Shown here: positions 8,674 to 17,645 of the stretch, one piece after another
Position numbering within the stretch: the stretch's first letter is position 1
Layout of the letters: each line of letters opens with the position of its first letter
Virus record (IMG/VR): IMGVR_UViG_3300032332_001787
Span: 96,001-160,000 of that record
Source: a virus
Taxonomy: Duplodnaviria > Caudoviricetes
DNA: 64,000 bases
Direction: 5' to 3' (one strand)
Translations under genes and position numbers: made by a program
The notes under the pieces: model-generated
What the model was told of the DNA's origin: nothing
The model's input: the letters and a program-made list of their open reading frames with translations, nothing else
Database searches by the model: none

Positions 8674-9138
8674 ATGTTAGACGAAAAAAATATAGAAACA
8701 ATATCTGATGTAGAATTTTATTCACCATCTAAAATTATTATTAAACCATCTACTATACATGGAAGAGGAGTTTTTTCTACTCAAAATATCTTAGAAGGAG
8801 AACTAGTAGAAAGATGCCCCATGGTACCTCTAGGTTTTAGGTCTAGATATCATAGTGATCCTCAAATATATAACTATTTATATAGCCAACCTCTTTGTGA
8901 TTGTAGAGAGTGTGCTTTGCATGGGTTTTTCTTCCATATGATATTAGGATATGGCATGCTTTACAATCATCAAGATGATGCTAATACAACATGGAAGTTT
9001 GACTACAATAAATCTTTTGCTGATGTTATCGCTAATAGAGACATAGAATCAGGTAGTGAAATTTTTGTAGATTATGGTGTGAAATACTTTTACAACAAAG
9101 AAAAAATAGAACGAGATCATGCAAAAAATAATCAATGA
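8674..9138 (+). CDS. SET-domain protein-lysine methyltransferase (copy 2)
   Basis: STIHGRGVF, LYNHQDDANT, ANRDIESGSEIFVDYG. Confidence 0.92.
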   Translation: MLDEKNIETISDVEFYSPSKIIIKPSTIHGRGVFSTQNILEGELVERCPMVPLGFRSRYHSDPQIYNYLYSQPLCDCRECALHGFFFHMILGYGMLYNHQDDANTTWKFDYNKSFADVIANRDIESGSEIFVDYGVKYFYNKEKIERDHAKNNQ

Positions 9139-10246
9139 ACTGAAATTAGATTTTGATGACGTACTGATTAGACCCAAAAGATCCACACTATCAAGCAGAT
9201 CTGAGGTTTCTTTGATCAGAGACTTTCATTTCAAACATTCACTAAGAAAGTTTTCTGCTGTTCCTGTTATTGTAGCTAATATGGATACTACTGGCACTTT
9301 TGATATGGCTAATGTTGTTTGTGAACAACAAGGCATGGTCGCATTACATAAGCACTATAAACCAGATCAACTGGTTGAATATTATTGCAATAGCACTAAT
9401 GATCATAAAGAATTAACATTTTACTCTACCGGAACTTCATCTTCTGATATTGAAAAACTTACTTATGTATTTAATGCGATCAAGTCTAGAAAATGTTTAT
9501 TACCAAATATTTGCGTCGATGTGGCTAATGGATACAGTGAAAAATTTGTAAAAACAGTATCTCATATACGAAAACTATATGAAGAAATTATTATTATGGC
9601 AGGAAATGTCGTAACTCCGGAAATGGTAGAGGAATTAATTCTTCATGGAAAAGTAGATATTGTTAAGGTTGGTATAGGACCAGGATCTGTTTGTACAACC
9701 AGATTAAAAACTGGAGTCGGATATCCTCAGATATCTGCTTGTTTAGAGTGTTCTGATGCTGCTCATGGTCATGGAGGACATATATGCGGAGATGGAGGAT
9801 GTAAAAACGTTGGAGATATTTGCAAGATTTTTGGAACTAATGCAGATTTTGTAATGGTTGGTGGACTTTTTGCTGGTTGCGAAGAAAATGAAGGAGAATG
9901 GCAATATGAGTATCAAGCTGGATTTGGCGTAGGATTAGCTGAGCCGTTTTGGCAACCATTTTATCCTGGTCATGATGGACCAAAAAGAAAAACAAAACTC
10001 AAATTTTATGGTATGAGTAGTAAAGAAGCTATGAATAAACACCATAATGGAGTAGCTGATTATAGAACTAGCGAAGGTAAATGCGTAGAAATACCATACA
10101 AAGGTCCTGTTAAAAATATTATATCTGATATTTTTGGTGGTTTACGAAGTGCTTGTACCTATATAGGAGCATCAAAAATAAAAGACTTTGGCAAAAAAAC
10201 TACTTTTATACAAGTTAATAACACACACAATAAGGTTTTTGAATGA
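9119..10246 (+). CDS. guaC: GMP reductase
   Basis: LKLDFDDVLIRPKRSTL.SRSEV, ANMDT, DVANGYSE, KVGIGPGSVCTTR, FYGMSS..AM.KH. Confidence 0.93.
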   Translation: MQKIINELKLDFDDVLIRPKRSTLSSRSEVSLIRDFHFKHSLRKFSAVPVIVANMDTTGTFDMANVVCEQQGMVALHKHYKPDQLVEYYCNSTNDHKELTFYSTGTSSSDIEKLTYVFNAIKSRKCLLPNICVDVANGYSEKFVKTVSHIRKLYEEIIIMAGNVVTPEMVEELILHGKVDIVKVGIGPGSVCTTRLKTGVGYPQISACLECSDAAHGHGGHICGDGGCKNVGDICKIFGTNADFVMVGGLFAGCEENEGEWQYEYQAGFGVGLAEPFWQPFYPGHDGPKRKTKLKFYGMSSKEAMNKHHNGVADYRTSEGKCVEIPYKGPVKNIISDIFGGLRSACTYIGASKIKDFGKKTTFIQVNNTHNKVFE

Positions 10247-11301
10247 ACATTAATTTATATGCTCCAATAGGCGTCACTGGATATGGTAATGTTGCTGTTA
10301 ATCTTCTTAAGGAACTAAATAAAACAGAAAATGTATGCCTATCTCCTATTGGAACACCTAGACCAGAAACACAAGAAGATGCAAATATTATAGAGGAGTG
10401 TTTAAATAAACAATCAATAATAGATTACAATTCAGTTTGTGTTAAAATTTGGCATCAATTCGATTTAATAACCAAGGCAGGAAATGGTAAATATTTTGCT
10501 TATCCATTTTTTGAACTTGACACTTTTAATGATCGAGAAAAACACCATCTATTATTTCCAGATGAACTTATTGTTAGTTGTGAATGGGCTAAAAATATTC
10601 TTGTTAATCACAATATAAAACAAAAAATATCTACAGTTCCTTTGGGCATTGATCCAAAAATTTTCTATCCGATACAAAGAGATAGTAAATTACCTAACTA
10701 TATTTTTCTCACTATTGGCAAATGGGAAATAAGGAAATCCCATGATGTTATTATAGAATGTTTTAGTAAAGCTTTTAATGAAACAGATAACGTTGAGCTA
10801 TGGATGATAACCAACAACCCGTTTCTGAATCAAGAACAAGAGAATGAATGGTTAATGATGGTTCAACAGTCTAAATTAAGAGATAAAATTAAAGTCTTCC
10901 CAAGGCTTGCTACACAAGAAAATATTGCTGAAGCCATATCATATTCAGATTGTGGAATTTATATTTCTAGAGCAGAGGGGTGGAATCTTGAATTACTGGA
11001 AACTATGGCAATGAACAAACCAGTTATAGCAACAAACTACTCTGCCCATACAGAATATTGTAATTCTAATAATAGTTATTTAGTTGATATTAATACTACC
11101 GAAAAAGCTATTGATAATAAATGGTTTCATGGAACTGGTAATTGGGCTAAAATAGACGATATCGCAAAAGACCAAATTATTGACTATATGAAATATGTGT
11201 ATACTAATAATATTAACACTAACCAACACGGACTTGAAACAGCACAAAAATTTACTTGGGAAAATTCGGCTAAAGCTTTATTAAGGTGTATAAATAAATA
11301 G
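10243..11301 (+). CDS. glycosyltransferase family 4 (GT-B)
   Basis: TGYG, IGKWEIRK, EX7E motif EGWNLELLE, KFTW. Confidence 0.9.
   Translation: MNINLYAPIGVTGYGNVAVNLLKELNKTENVCLSPIGTPRPETQEDANIIEECLNKQSIIDYNSVCVKIWHQFDLITKAGNGKYFAYPFFELDTFNDREKHHLLFPDELIVSCEWAKNILVNHNIKQKISTVPLGIDPKIFYPIQRDSKLPNYIFLTIGKWEIRKSHDVIIECFSKAFNETDNVELWMITNNPFLNQEQENEWLMMVQQSKLRDKIKVFPRLATQENIAEAISYSDCGIYISRAEGWNLELLETMAMNKPVIATNYSAHTEYCNSNNSYLVDINTTEKAIDNKWFHGTGNWAKIDDIAKDQIIDYMKYVYTNNINTNQHGLETAQKFTWENSAKALLRCINK
11285..11292 (+). promoter_or_regulatory. putative phage promoter motif GGTGTATA
   Basis: 36 nt upstream of ATG 11321; recurrent motif. Confidence 0.5.
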
Positions 11302-11320
11302 ATCCAGGAGATACTATATA

Positions 11321-11854
11321 ATGCCCATTCCACAACCACATAAAAATGAAGATAAAGAACATTTCGTTTCTCGTTGTATGAGTGACGAAGTTATGAAAAA
11401 AGACTATAAAGATGGTAAACAGAGAGTTGCTGTTTGTCTTCAACAAACTAAAAGCTCTTTAATAGAAGAAGTACAATTAAATTTAGCATATAGACAACAT
11501 GAATACGATGATAATTGGGATGAATGGGTTGTAGAAGTTGAACCAGATGTTATTTTTGATGAAGATGAGAGTTTAATTGCCGCAGAAAATGCAACTAAGA
11601 AAAAAGTTAAACTCAATAAGCCTTTTAGAACTCCAAGTGGACCCAAAAAATTTAGCGTTTATGTCAAAAATGACAAAGGCAATATTGTAAAAGTAAATTT
11701 TGGCGATCCAAATATGGAAATTAAAAGAGATGACCCAGAACGCAGAAAATCTTACAGAGCAAGACACAACTGCGATAATCCTGGCCCCAAATGGAAAGCC
11801 GAGTACTGGTCTTGCAAAATGTGGTCAAAAACTAACGTGAGTGATTTAACATAG
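11321..11854 (+). CDS. hypothetical two-module phage protein
   Basis: AGGAG RBS; N-module MPIPQP..EDKEHFVSRCM; C-module KLNKPFR...KKF.VYVK...VNFGDPNM...RARHNC...YWSCKMW. Confidence 0.75.
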   Translation: MPIPQPHKNEDKEHFVSRCMSDEVMKKDYKDGKQRVAVCLQQTKSSLIEEVQLNLAYRQHEYDDNWDEWVVEVEPDVIFDEDESLIAAENATKKKVKLNKPFRTPSGPKKFSVYVKNDKGNIVKVNFGDPNMEIKRDDPERRKSYRARHNCDNPGPKWKAEYWSCKMWSKTNVSDLT

Positions 11855-11863
11855 GAGACTGAA

Positions 11864-12400
11864 ATGTCAGAGAAAAAAACTATTGATCAACTACTTAATG
11901 AACAAAATCAAACAAAGGCTCAACAAGTCGAAGGATATACCTCAGACACTGTTATAGAACTAATAAAAAAATCACTCAATATTCACTGGCAACAAACCAC
12001 TGTTTTAACAGCCCAAGCAGAACATCTTCAAAGGTGGGGTTATAAGAAATTAGCAGCAATTATTAAAGAAGATGCTATTCAAGAACAAACACATGCTGCA
12101 ATTAATATTAAAAGATTAGAATTTTTTGATGCTGATTATCAACCATTAGTACTAAATCCTCCCGTTTGGAAAAGACATGATATGGTTGCGATGATTAATT
12201 ATAACCTCGCCTCAGTAAGAGAAGCATCAGCAGCAGAGAGAGCAACAATAGTTGCTGCAAGAGCAGTAGGGGATGAGATAACTGCTAACATGTTTATTGA
12301 GCTATTAGAAGGTAGTGAAGATGGTATCATTCTCTATGAGGGTTTTTTAAAGTTGATCGAACAAATGGGTATAGATAATTTCTTAACACTACAAGTTTAA
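11864..12400 (+). CDS. bacterioferritin-like four-helix-bundle protein (degenerate ferroxidase centre)
   Basis: RWGYKKLA...EQTHA..RL..FD and GDEITA.MF..LL...IEQMGIDNFL..Q resemble Bfr. Confidence 0.75.
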   Translation: MSEKKTIDQLLNEQNQTKAQQVEGYTSDTVIELIKKSLNIHWQQTTVLTAQAEHLQRWGYKKLAAIIKEDAIQEQTHAAINIKRLEFFDADYQPLVLNPPVWKRHDMVAMINYNLASVREASAAERATIVAARAVGDEITANMFIELLEGSEDGIILYEGFLKLIEQMGIDNFLTLQV

Positions 12401-12414
12401 TAAGGATATTTATA

Positions 12415-13413
12415 ATGGATAGAATTCACAACATACTAAACGGTATCCAAGAATCTGTCTCTGGACAAAAGACATTTGATGGCAAAAAAAGAAGTGATCT
12501 TAAAGATAGTGATTTTCTTTTTCCAGAAACTCGTTCTTTTCCAATAACTACTCCAGCAGACGTAAAAGATGCTATTAGTAATTATGGACGAATGAGTGGC
12601 AAGATGAGTTATGATGCTTTTTTGAATAAATTGTATAATATGTGCAAAAGAAAGGGATCAGAATTCGTTGCTGCATTACCAGAAGCAAGTAAAGAAAAAT
12701 TAGATATAAAATCAAAATCTGATACTATTTTTGACGATAGACTAATATTGAATCCGGACCCACAAAATACAAATAAAACTGATTATATTGAAGATGAATC
12801 TGATGATGATAGCATGTTGGAGCTTGATGAATATAAAAAAGAGTATCTTCAGATGGTACTAGGGTCTTTAAATAAGATATTACATAACGTATCTGATATT
12901 TTAAATAATTCTGATCTGGATCGCGTAAAAGAAAATTTGACAGAACCCTGGCTTCAGGGTATGATTGCTGTTGTTGATGACAATGTGAGCACAATTCATG
13001 ATTTTGTCAAGTTCTATGACTCCGAAGACGATAGTGAAGAAACAGAAGCCACTCGTAAAGAAATAGATCGTCATCGTAAACATCATCATAAAGAGAAACC
13101 AACCGTCAATCTTTCATACAGAGGGTCGCCTACTATAATAACTCATATTAATGTGCCTCATAATGAACAGAACGAACATGAATCTCATGAAGAACCCAAC
13201 GAAAATAATGAACCAACTGAGACTAATGAAAGTCCTAGCGAGAGTCCATCCACAATGGCAGCGCCAGATGTAAATAGACCAGGACTATGGGAAAACATTC
13301 GCAAAAAGAAAGAAAGAGAAGGTAAGAACTATAAGCCAGCAAAGCGTGGAGATAAGGATAGACCAGATCCAGAAACATGGAAAAATCTAACCAAAGAAGA
13401 CAAGAAGAAATAG
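12415..13413 (+). CDS. hypothetical modular phage protein with acidic/His-rich linker
   Basis: RSDLKDSDFLFPETRSFPI module, acidic middle, RHRKHHHK, C-terminal PGLWENIRKKK module. Confidence 0.75.
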   Translation: MDRIHNILNGIQESVSGQKTFDGKKRSDLKDSDFLFPETRSFPITTPADVKDAISNYGRMSGKMSYDAFLNKLYNMCKRKGSEFVAALPEASKEKLDIKSKSDTIFDDRLILNPDPQNTNKTDYIEDESDDDSMLELDEYKKEYLQMVLGSLNKILHNVSDILNNSDLDRVKENLTEPWLQGMIAVVDDNVSTIHDFVKFYDSEDDSEETEATRKEIDRHRKHHHKEKPTVNLSYRGSPTIITHINVPHNEQNEHESHEEPNENNEPTETNESPSESPSTMAAPDVNRPGLWENIRKKKEREGKNYKPAKRGDKDRPDPETWKNLTKEDKKK

Positions 13414-13457
13414 TTAGTTTGTATTGATACTAGGACTTAAATAAAAGGACATTAAAA

Positions 13458-14042
13458 ATGGAACAAGAGTTTGAGGATCTGTCTACATATATTACTTTAG
13501 CAAAGAAGATAATATCCAAGTTTGCCCCAGGTTTTTATTCAACACTAAGACAAGAGTTGTTGTCTAATGAAGACGCTATTGCAGATATAGCTTCTGCTAT
13601 TATGGTTGGAGATTGGAGATGGGACAAAAATCGTACTGGATTCGATGGAAAGTCTAAGACAAGATATTCATACAGAAATCAATGTGGTATTTGGGCCATT
13701 AAAACCTACCTATCCGGCAAGTACAAAAAGCAAAATAGTCACTACTCATTAGATAATCTGAATAAAGATTCAGATTTTAATTTCTCAGATAATATTGCTG
13801 ATAAACCGGAATACGATCCAGCTACATTAGCAGAAGAGTCTGAGTATGACAAATCATTGAAAGCTAATATAGATACCATTTTATCATCTGGTTTAATTTC
13901 CGAAAAACAAAAGGAACAGATTCAGAAATATTATCTAGAAGATAAAACTCTATCTGAAATCGGTAAAGAATTTGGAGTAACTAGAGAAGCAGTTAGACAA
14001 AATATTCAGAAAGGATTAGCTAAAATAAGAGAATATGTTTAA
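13458..14042 (+). CDS. RNA polymerase sigma-70 family sigma factor
   Basis: Region-4 HTH KTLSEIGKEFGVTREAVRQ..QKGLAKIR; region-2-like IADIASAI....W.....K.RYSY...IWAIKTY. Confidence 0.85.
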   Translation: MEQEFEDLSTYITLAKKIISKFAPGFYSTLRQELLSNEDAIADIASAIMVGDWRWDKNRTGFDGKSKTRYSYRNQCGIWAIKTYLSGKYKKQNSHYSLDNLNKDSDFNFSDNIADKPEYDPATLAEESEYDKSLKANIDTILSSGLISEKQKEQIQKYYLEDKTLSEIGKEFGVTREAVRQNIQKGLAKIREYV

Positions 14043-14382
14043 TATTAGTATTCAACTTTATGTATTATCTTTTGATTTTGAGAAAAACGAAAGATGTTTT
14101 GTTTCTACTGATAGCAATGTCTACCTACCTCTTCAAAAAGAAATAGAACATAATTCTTTATCTATTGAAGATAATCTAGCAGAACTATTCGAAAAACATA
14201 TACAGCTTGGTTTTGGTTGGGTTAAACATATTATAATAGGTGTTACTAAATTAGACGAAAATATCAACATGTGTTATGCATGTTCAATTCCTCCTGGTAC
14301 TCCACTAATAAATTCCTACTATAAAAGTAGTAATGTAGCTATTATTAATCCATTAGCCAGAAAAGCACTATTGTATGTTTAA
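14035..14382 (+). CDS. hypothetical protein
   Basis: Overlapping operon ORF. Confidence 0.7.
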   Translation: MFNISIQLYVLSFDFEKNERCFVSTDSNVYLPLQKEIEHNSLSIEDNLAELFEKHIQLGFGWVKHIIIGVTKLDENINMCYACSIPPGTPLINSYYKSSNVAIINPLARKALLYV

Positions 14383-14806
14383 TTTTTTTCGTAAACAAAA
14401 AACACTAGAAGAAAATAAAGTAATCAAAACTCAAGTAGTAGAAAATATATCAACCAAAACAGAAGAAAAAAATAAACATATTTGTAGCATAAATGTTCAA
14501 CTTAATATAGATAATACAATAGATATAGTATGTCATTGGCCTGATTTAGATAATCTAGATGAGTTAATTATAAATGACATAGCTAATAAATATGCTACAA
14601 TGATTTATCTATTAGATAGTGGATCACTAAAAAAAGACATAGCAGATACTCTATCATCTATATGTGAAAATAATATTTATGACACATATTTTTCTCGTCA
14701 GGTTTTGACAAGGTGGTTAGAACTATTCGAAAAACAACATTTGGCCGATTCTAACCAGCCACTAATCAAGCCTTCTAGTGTATTTAAAAATTACTCAGGG
14801 AAGTGA
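14375..14806 (+). CDS. hypothetical protein
   Basis: Overlapping operon ORF. Confidence 0.7.
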   Translation: MFNFFRKQKTLEENKVIKTQVVENISTKTEEKNKHICSINVQLNIDNTIDIVCHWPDLDNLDELIINDIANKYATMIYLLDSGSLKKDIADTLSSICENNIYDTYFSRQVLTRWLELFEKQHLADSNQPLIKPSSVFKNYSGK

Positions 14807-14830
14807 TTTTAGAACCATTAAGGATAGATA

Positions 14831-15265
14831 TTGATGAAAAATATTTATGGAGAAGATAATCTAATTGTCTGGCAAAAATGGTTTGATCCATTTGGCAGCG
14901 ATGATTCTCCACCTAATATTTCGTATTCTAAAAACCATGACGAAGAATTAGATTCTTCAGATATTGCAGATTCTCATTTTAAAGATATTTCAGCTAGTCA
15001 ACCCATGAGAGCTATCTCTACTCCTATGGGATTGATACCATATACAGAAAATACTGCTTGTAGTAAAATTTTTAATTTTTGGGTTGGACATACTAACTTT
15101 AATTTAACTAATCTAGTAGTTGAAATTATTGAAGATACAGATGGCGTAGAAACTTTAGATATTTTTACTAGATATAGATTTCGTATAGCAATAGGGAAAA
15201 ATTTTGATGATGCAAGAGTAATGAAAGCAATTAATGATCAGGTATATAAATATTTAGGAAATTAA
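14831..15265 (+). CDS. hypothetical protein
   Basis: AAGGA RBS; operon ORF directly upstream of the ClpP-like gene. Confidence 0.7.
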   Translation: MMKNIYGEDNLIVWQKWFDPFGSDDSPPNISYSKNHDEELDSSDIADSHFKDISASQPMRAISTPMGLIPYTENTACSKIFNFWVGHTNFNLTNLVVEIIEDTDGVETLDIFTRYRFRIAIGKNFDDARVMKAINDQVYKYLGN

Positions 15266-15268
15266 ATA

Positions 15269-15943
15269 GTGACAAATACATCAATAGATAATCAAATCAA
15301 TGATATTCATAATTTTAATATTGATGTAAAAAACAGAGAAGTGTATTTGCATTCATATATTGATTCTCAAGAAGAAGGCGGAGTAGATTATAGGTCCGCA
15401 GTAATATTTGAAAAAAATATCAGATATTTTAATACTCTATCATATGATCCAATATTAGTTCATATGCATCTACCAGGAGGAGACTGGCAAGATTGTTTGG
15501 GCATATATGATACCATAAGATTTTCTAAAGCTAAGATTATTATTTTAGCCTATGCCAAGGTAGAATCTTCAAGCAGTGTAATATTACAGGCTGCTCCACT
15601 AAGAATTTTAATGCCAAATACAAATGTTATGATTCATTATGGATCATTTAGTATGGATGCAGAACACAGTAAAGCTGCCGCTGCTGGTATTCAATGGAAT
15701 GAAAAAGAATGTGAAAAAATGATTGATATATTTACTGATAGATGCATGGAAAGCGAAATGGCCAAACAAAAAAATTGGAAAAAAATGATGGCAAGAAAAC
15801 ATATCATTTCTCAACTAGCAAATAAATGTGATTGGATTTTAACAGCTAATGAAGCCGTAGACTACGGCTTTGCTGATGGTGTATTAGGTAGTAAGAAATA
15901 TCCTACTATGGAACTACTTAAAACACATAAGTTTAAAAAATGA
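15269..15943 (+). CDS. clpP: ClpP-like serine protease
   Basis: NREVYL, PGGD....GIYDTI, catalytic-Ser region ESSSS.ILQA, R.LMPN..VMIH, DW.LTA.EAVDYGFAD.V; GTG start. Confidence 0.85.
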   Translation: MTNTSIDNQINDIHNFNIDVKNREVYLHSYIDSQEEGGVDYRSAVIFEKNIRYFNTLSYDPILVHMHLPGGDWQDCLGIYDTIRFSKAKIIILAYAKVESSSSVILQAAPLRILMPNTNVMIHYGSFSMDAEHSKAAAAGIQWNEKECEKMIDIFTDRCMESEMAKQKNWKKMMARKHIISQLANKCDWILTANEAVDYGFADGVLGSKKYPTMELLKTHKFKK

Positions 15944-16593
15944 TTATAGAATACTGCTTATACGACATCTCTCTTTCTGATGAAGAATTTAAACAAAATA
16001 TAAATTCTGCTATTTCATATAAGCCAAAATCTGTATCTGTTTTATCTTCTTATGTTAGATTAGCTAAAAATTTATTACCAGAAGATATTACTCTTTGTTC
16101 TTCTATAGATTATCCTCTTGGTACTTCTGATACTAAGAATAGAAATATGGCTATCGAAACATCAATCAAATCTGGTGCTAAAATTATTAATTTGGTATCA
16201 CAACCTTATTATTTTTGCAACAGGAAATATGATAAATTCAGAGATGATATTAAAAGCAATTTAGAAATTTGCAATAAACATTCTGTTGAATTAAGATATA
16301 CTCTTGAATATAGAGTTTTTACCTATGAATTATTATACAAAGTATCTCAAATCTTACTAGATATTGGGGTGAATACGATATATCCATCGTCCGGGTATTT
16401 ATTAGATGATATTAATGACAATATTTTAGCCACAGCATTAATTAATAAAAAAATACCGATTAATATTATTGCTAATGGCAACATATGGAATATTAGCCAA
16501 ATTAAAACAGTTTATAAGGCCAATCTTTTTGGTATTATGGTCAATTCTATTAATGCTTTAAAATTATTAAGTGAAAATAATTCGTCTTATTAA
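15940..16593 (+). CDS. deoxyribose-phosphate-aldolase-like TIM barrel, probably inactive
   Basis: SVSVLSSYV.LAK..L, IDYPLG, SIKSGA..I.LV match DeoC; Schiff-base Lys positions appear replaced. Confidence 0.75.
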   Translation: MIIEYCLYDISLSDEEFKQNINSAISYKPKSVSVLSSYVRLAKNLLPEDITLCSSIDYPLGTSDTKNRNMAIETSIKSGAKIINLVSQPYYFCNRKYDKFRDDIKSNLEICNKHSVELRYTLEYRVFTYELLYKVSQILLDIGVNTIYPSSGYLLDDINDNILATALINKKIPINIIANGNIWNISQIKTVYKANLFGIMVNSINALKLLSENNSSY

Positions 16594-16599
16594 AAAATA

Positions 16600-16607
16600 G
16601 GGGTATA
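16600..16607 (+). promoter_or_regulatory. putative phage promoter motif variant GGGGTATA
   Basis: 44 nt upstream of ATG 16644; one mismatch to RGTGTAT. Confidence 0.4.
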
Positions 16608-16643
16608 GTATAATTAGTCTTTTTCAAACATACGGAGAATATC

Positions 16644-17192
16644 ATGGCAACATCTAAAGTTAATGGTTCAGACTATGCTGTTCCACCTAATACAAGAAGT
16701 AGTGGATCAGTTAATAATCATGGTGTGGTTGCCAGAGGCGGCTCAGTTGCTTCCGGTAAGCTCACCAATGTTGGAGTATCTCGTTATAACTCAACAGTTT
16801 TTGCATCAACTGTTCTTGATAATAGTTGGGCAGATAAGGCTGTTTCTGCCGGTATCTTTGCTTATGGAGATAGAGATGGTGTCGCTATGAGAAGCACATC
16901 TACTCTAAGTGGTATCTCTAATACAGTACTACGTAGTGGAGCTAATGTTCCGGGTTTAATGAGAAGTATCCACAAGCTTGAAGTATTAAGAACTCGCAGA
17001 TTTACTAGTGCTATCAGAGCTAATAAGTATAATAGATTCACTGGACAGTTTGAAGTTGGTTATCCAGTAGTAGCTGTTGACTCACTAACAACAGATAATG
17101 CTGCGAACCCAACCAGAGGCGTCCCAGGTCAAATTGTTTACAAGCTTGGCCAGCCTGTACCATTTACCCAGAATTATCAGTCTGAATCTTGA
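16644..17192 (+). CDS. hypothetical, probably virion structural protein
   Basis: GGAGA RBS; S/G/V/A-rich; flanked by own promoter-like motif and terminator. Confidence 0.65.
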   Translation: MATSKVNGSDYAVPPNTRSSGSVNNHGVVARGGSVASGKLTNVGVSRYNSTVFASTVLDNSWADKAVSAGIFAYGDRDGVAMRSTSTLSGISNTVLRSGANVPGLMRSIHKLEVLRTRRFTSAIRANKYNRFTGQFEVGYPVVAVDSLTTDNAANPTRGVPGQIVYKLGQPVPFTQNYQSES

Positions 17193-17214
17193 TTCAAATA
17201 ATTTAATTAATAAG

Positions 17215-17258
17215 AAACAAGGCCACTTACACCTAGAGTGTCTGTGGCTTTTGTTTTT
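17215..17258 (+). terminator. rho-independent terminator
   Basis: AAACAAGGCCAC...GTGGCTTTTGTTTTT stem with inner ACAC/GTGT stem, T-rich tail. Confidence 0.75.
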
Positions 17259-17272
17259 AATGGAGAATATTT

Positions 17273-17587
17273 ATGAACGAAGCTCATGTGTGGCAAATTA
17301 TTGCTTCTACTAGTATTGGTATTATAGTAACACTCATTACATTTTGGGCTGCTTTAGTGCGTAATATTGTAACCAAGTCTGAAATTGAAAATTTAATACA
17401 AACCCATTCTCCATATCTTCAAGATAGACAATTTATAATGGAAAGATTAGCTAGTAATAAAGAAAACCAAATCGCTTTTGCTACTGCTCTGCAAAGAAAT
17501 AGTGAAGTTATGAATGAGCTTAGAATTCAAATGACAATATTAACTAAAACTTTGGAAACACTAGAAGACAGAATAGATAAAAACTAA
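17273..17587 (+). CDS. membrane-anchored coiled-coil protein
   Basis: GGAGA RBS; TM IIASTSIGIIVTLITFWAALV; C-terminal heptads. Confidence 0.7.
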   Translation: MNEAHVWQIIASTSIGIIVTLITFWAALVRNIVTKSEIENLIQTHSPYLQDRQFIMERLASNKENQIAFATALQRNSEVMNELRIQMTILTKTLETLEDRIDKN

Positions 17588-17599
17588 GTATTGTAATTT

Positions 17600-17607
17600 A
17601 GTGTATT
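17600..17607 (+). promoter_or_regulatory. putative phage promoter motif AGTGTATT
   Basis: 46 nt upstream of ATG 17646. Confidence 0.5.
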
Positions 17608-17645
17608 AAACCTTATAATTACCTCTTACTAAAAAGGAAAATGAT

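Noticed and set aside
17098-17313. ORF bridging the 16644 and 17273 genes
   Set aside because: Overlaps both genes and spans the terminator; no RBS.
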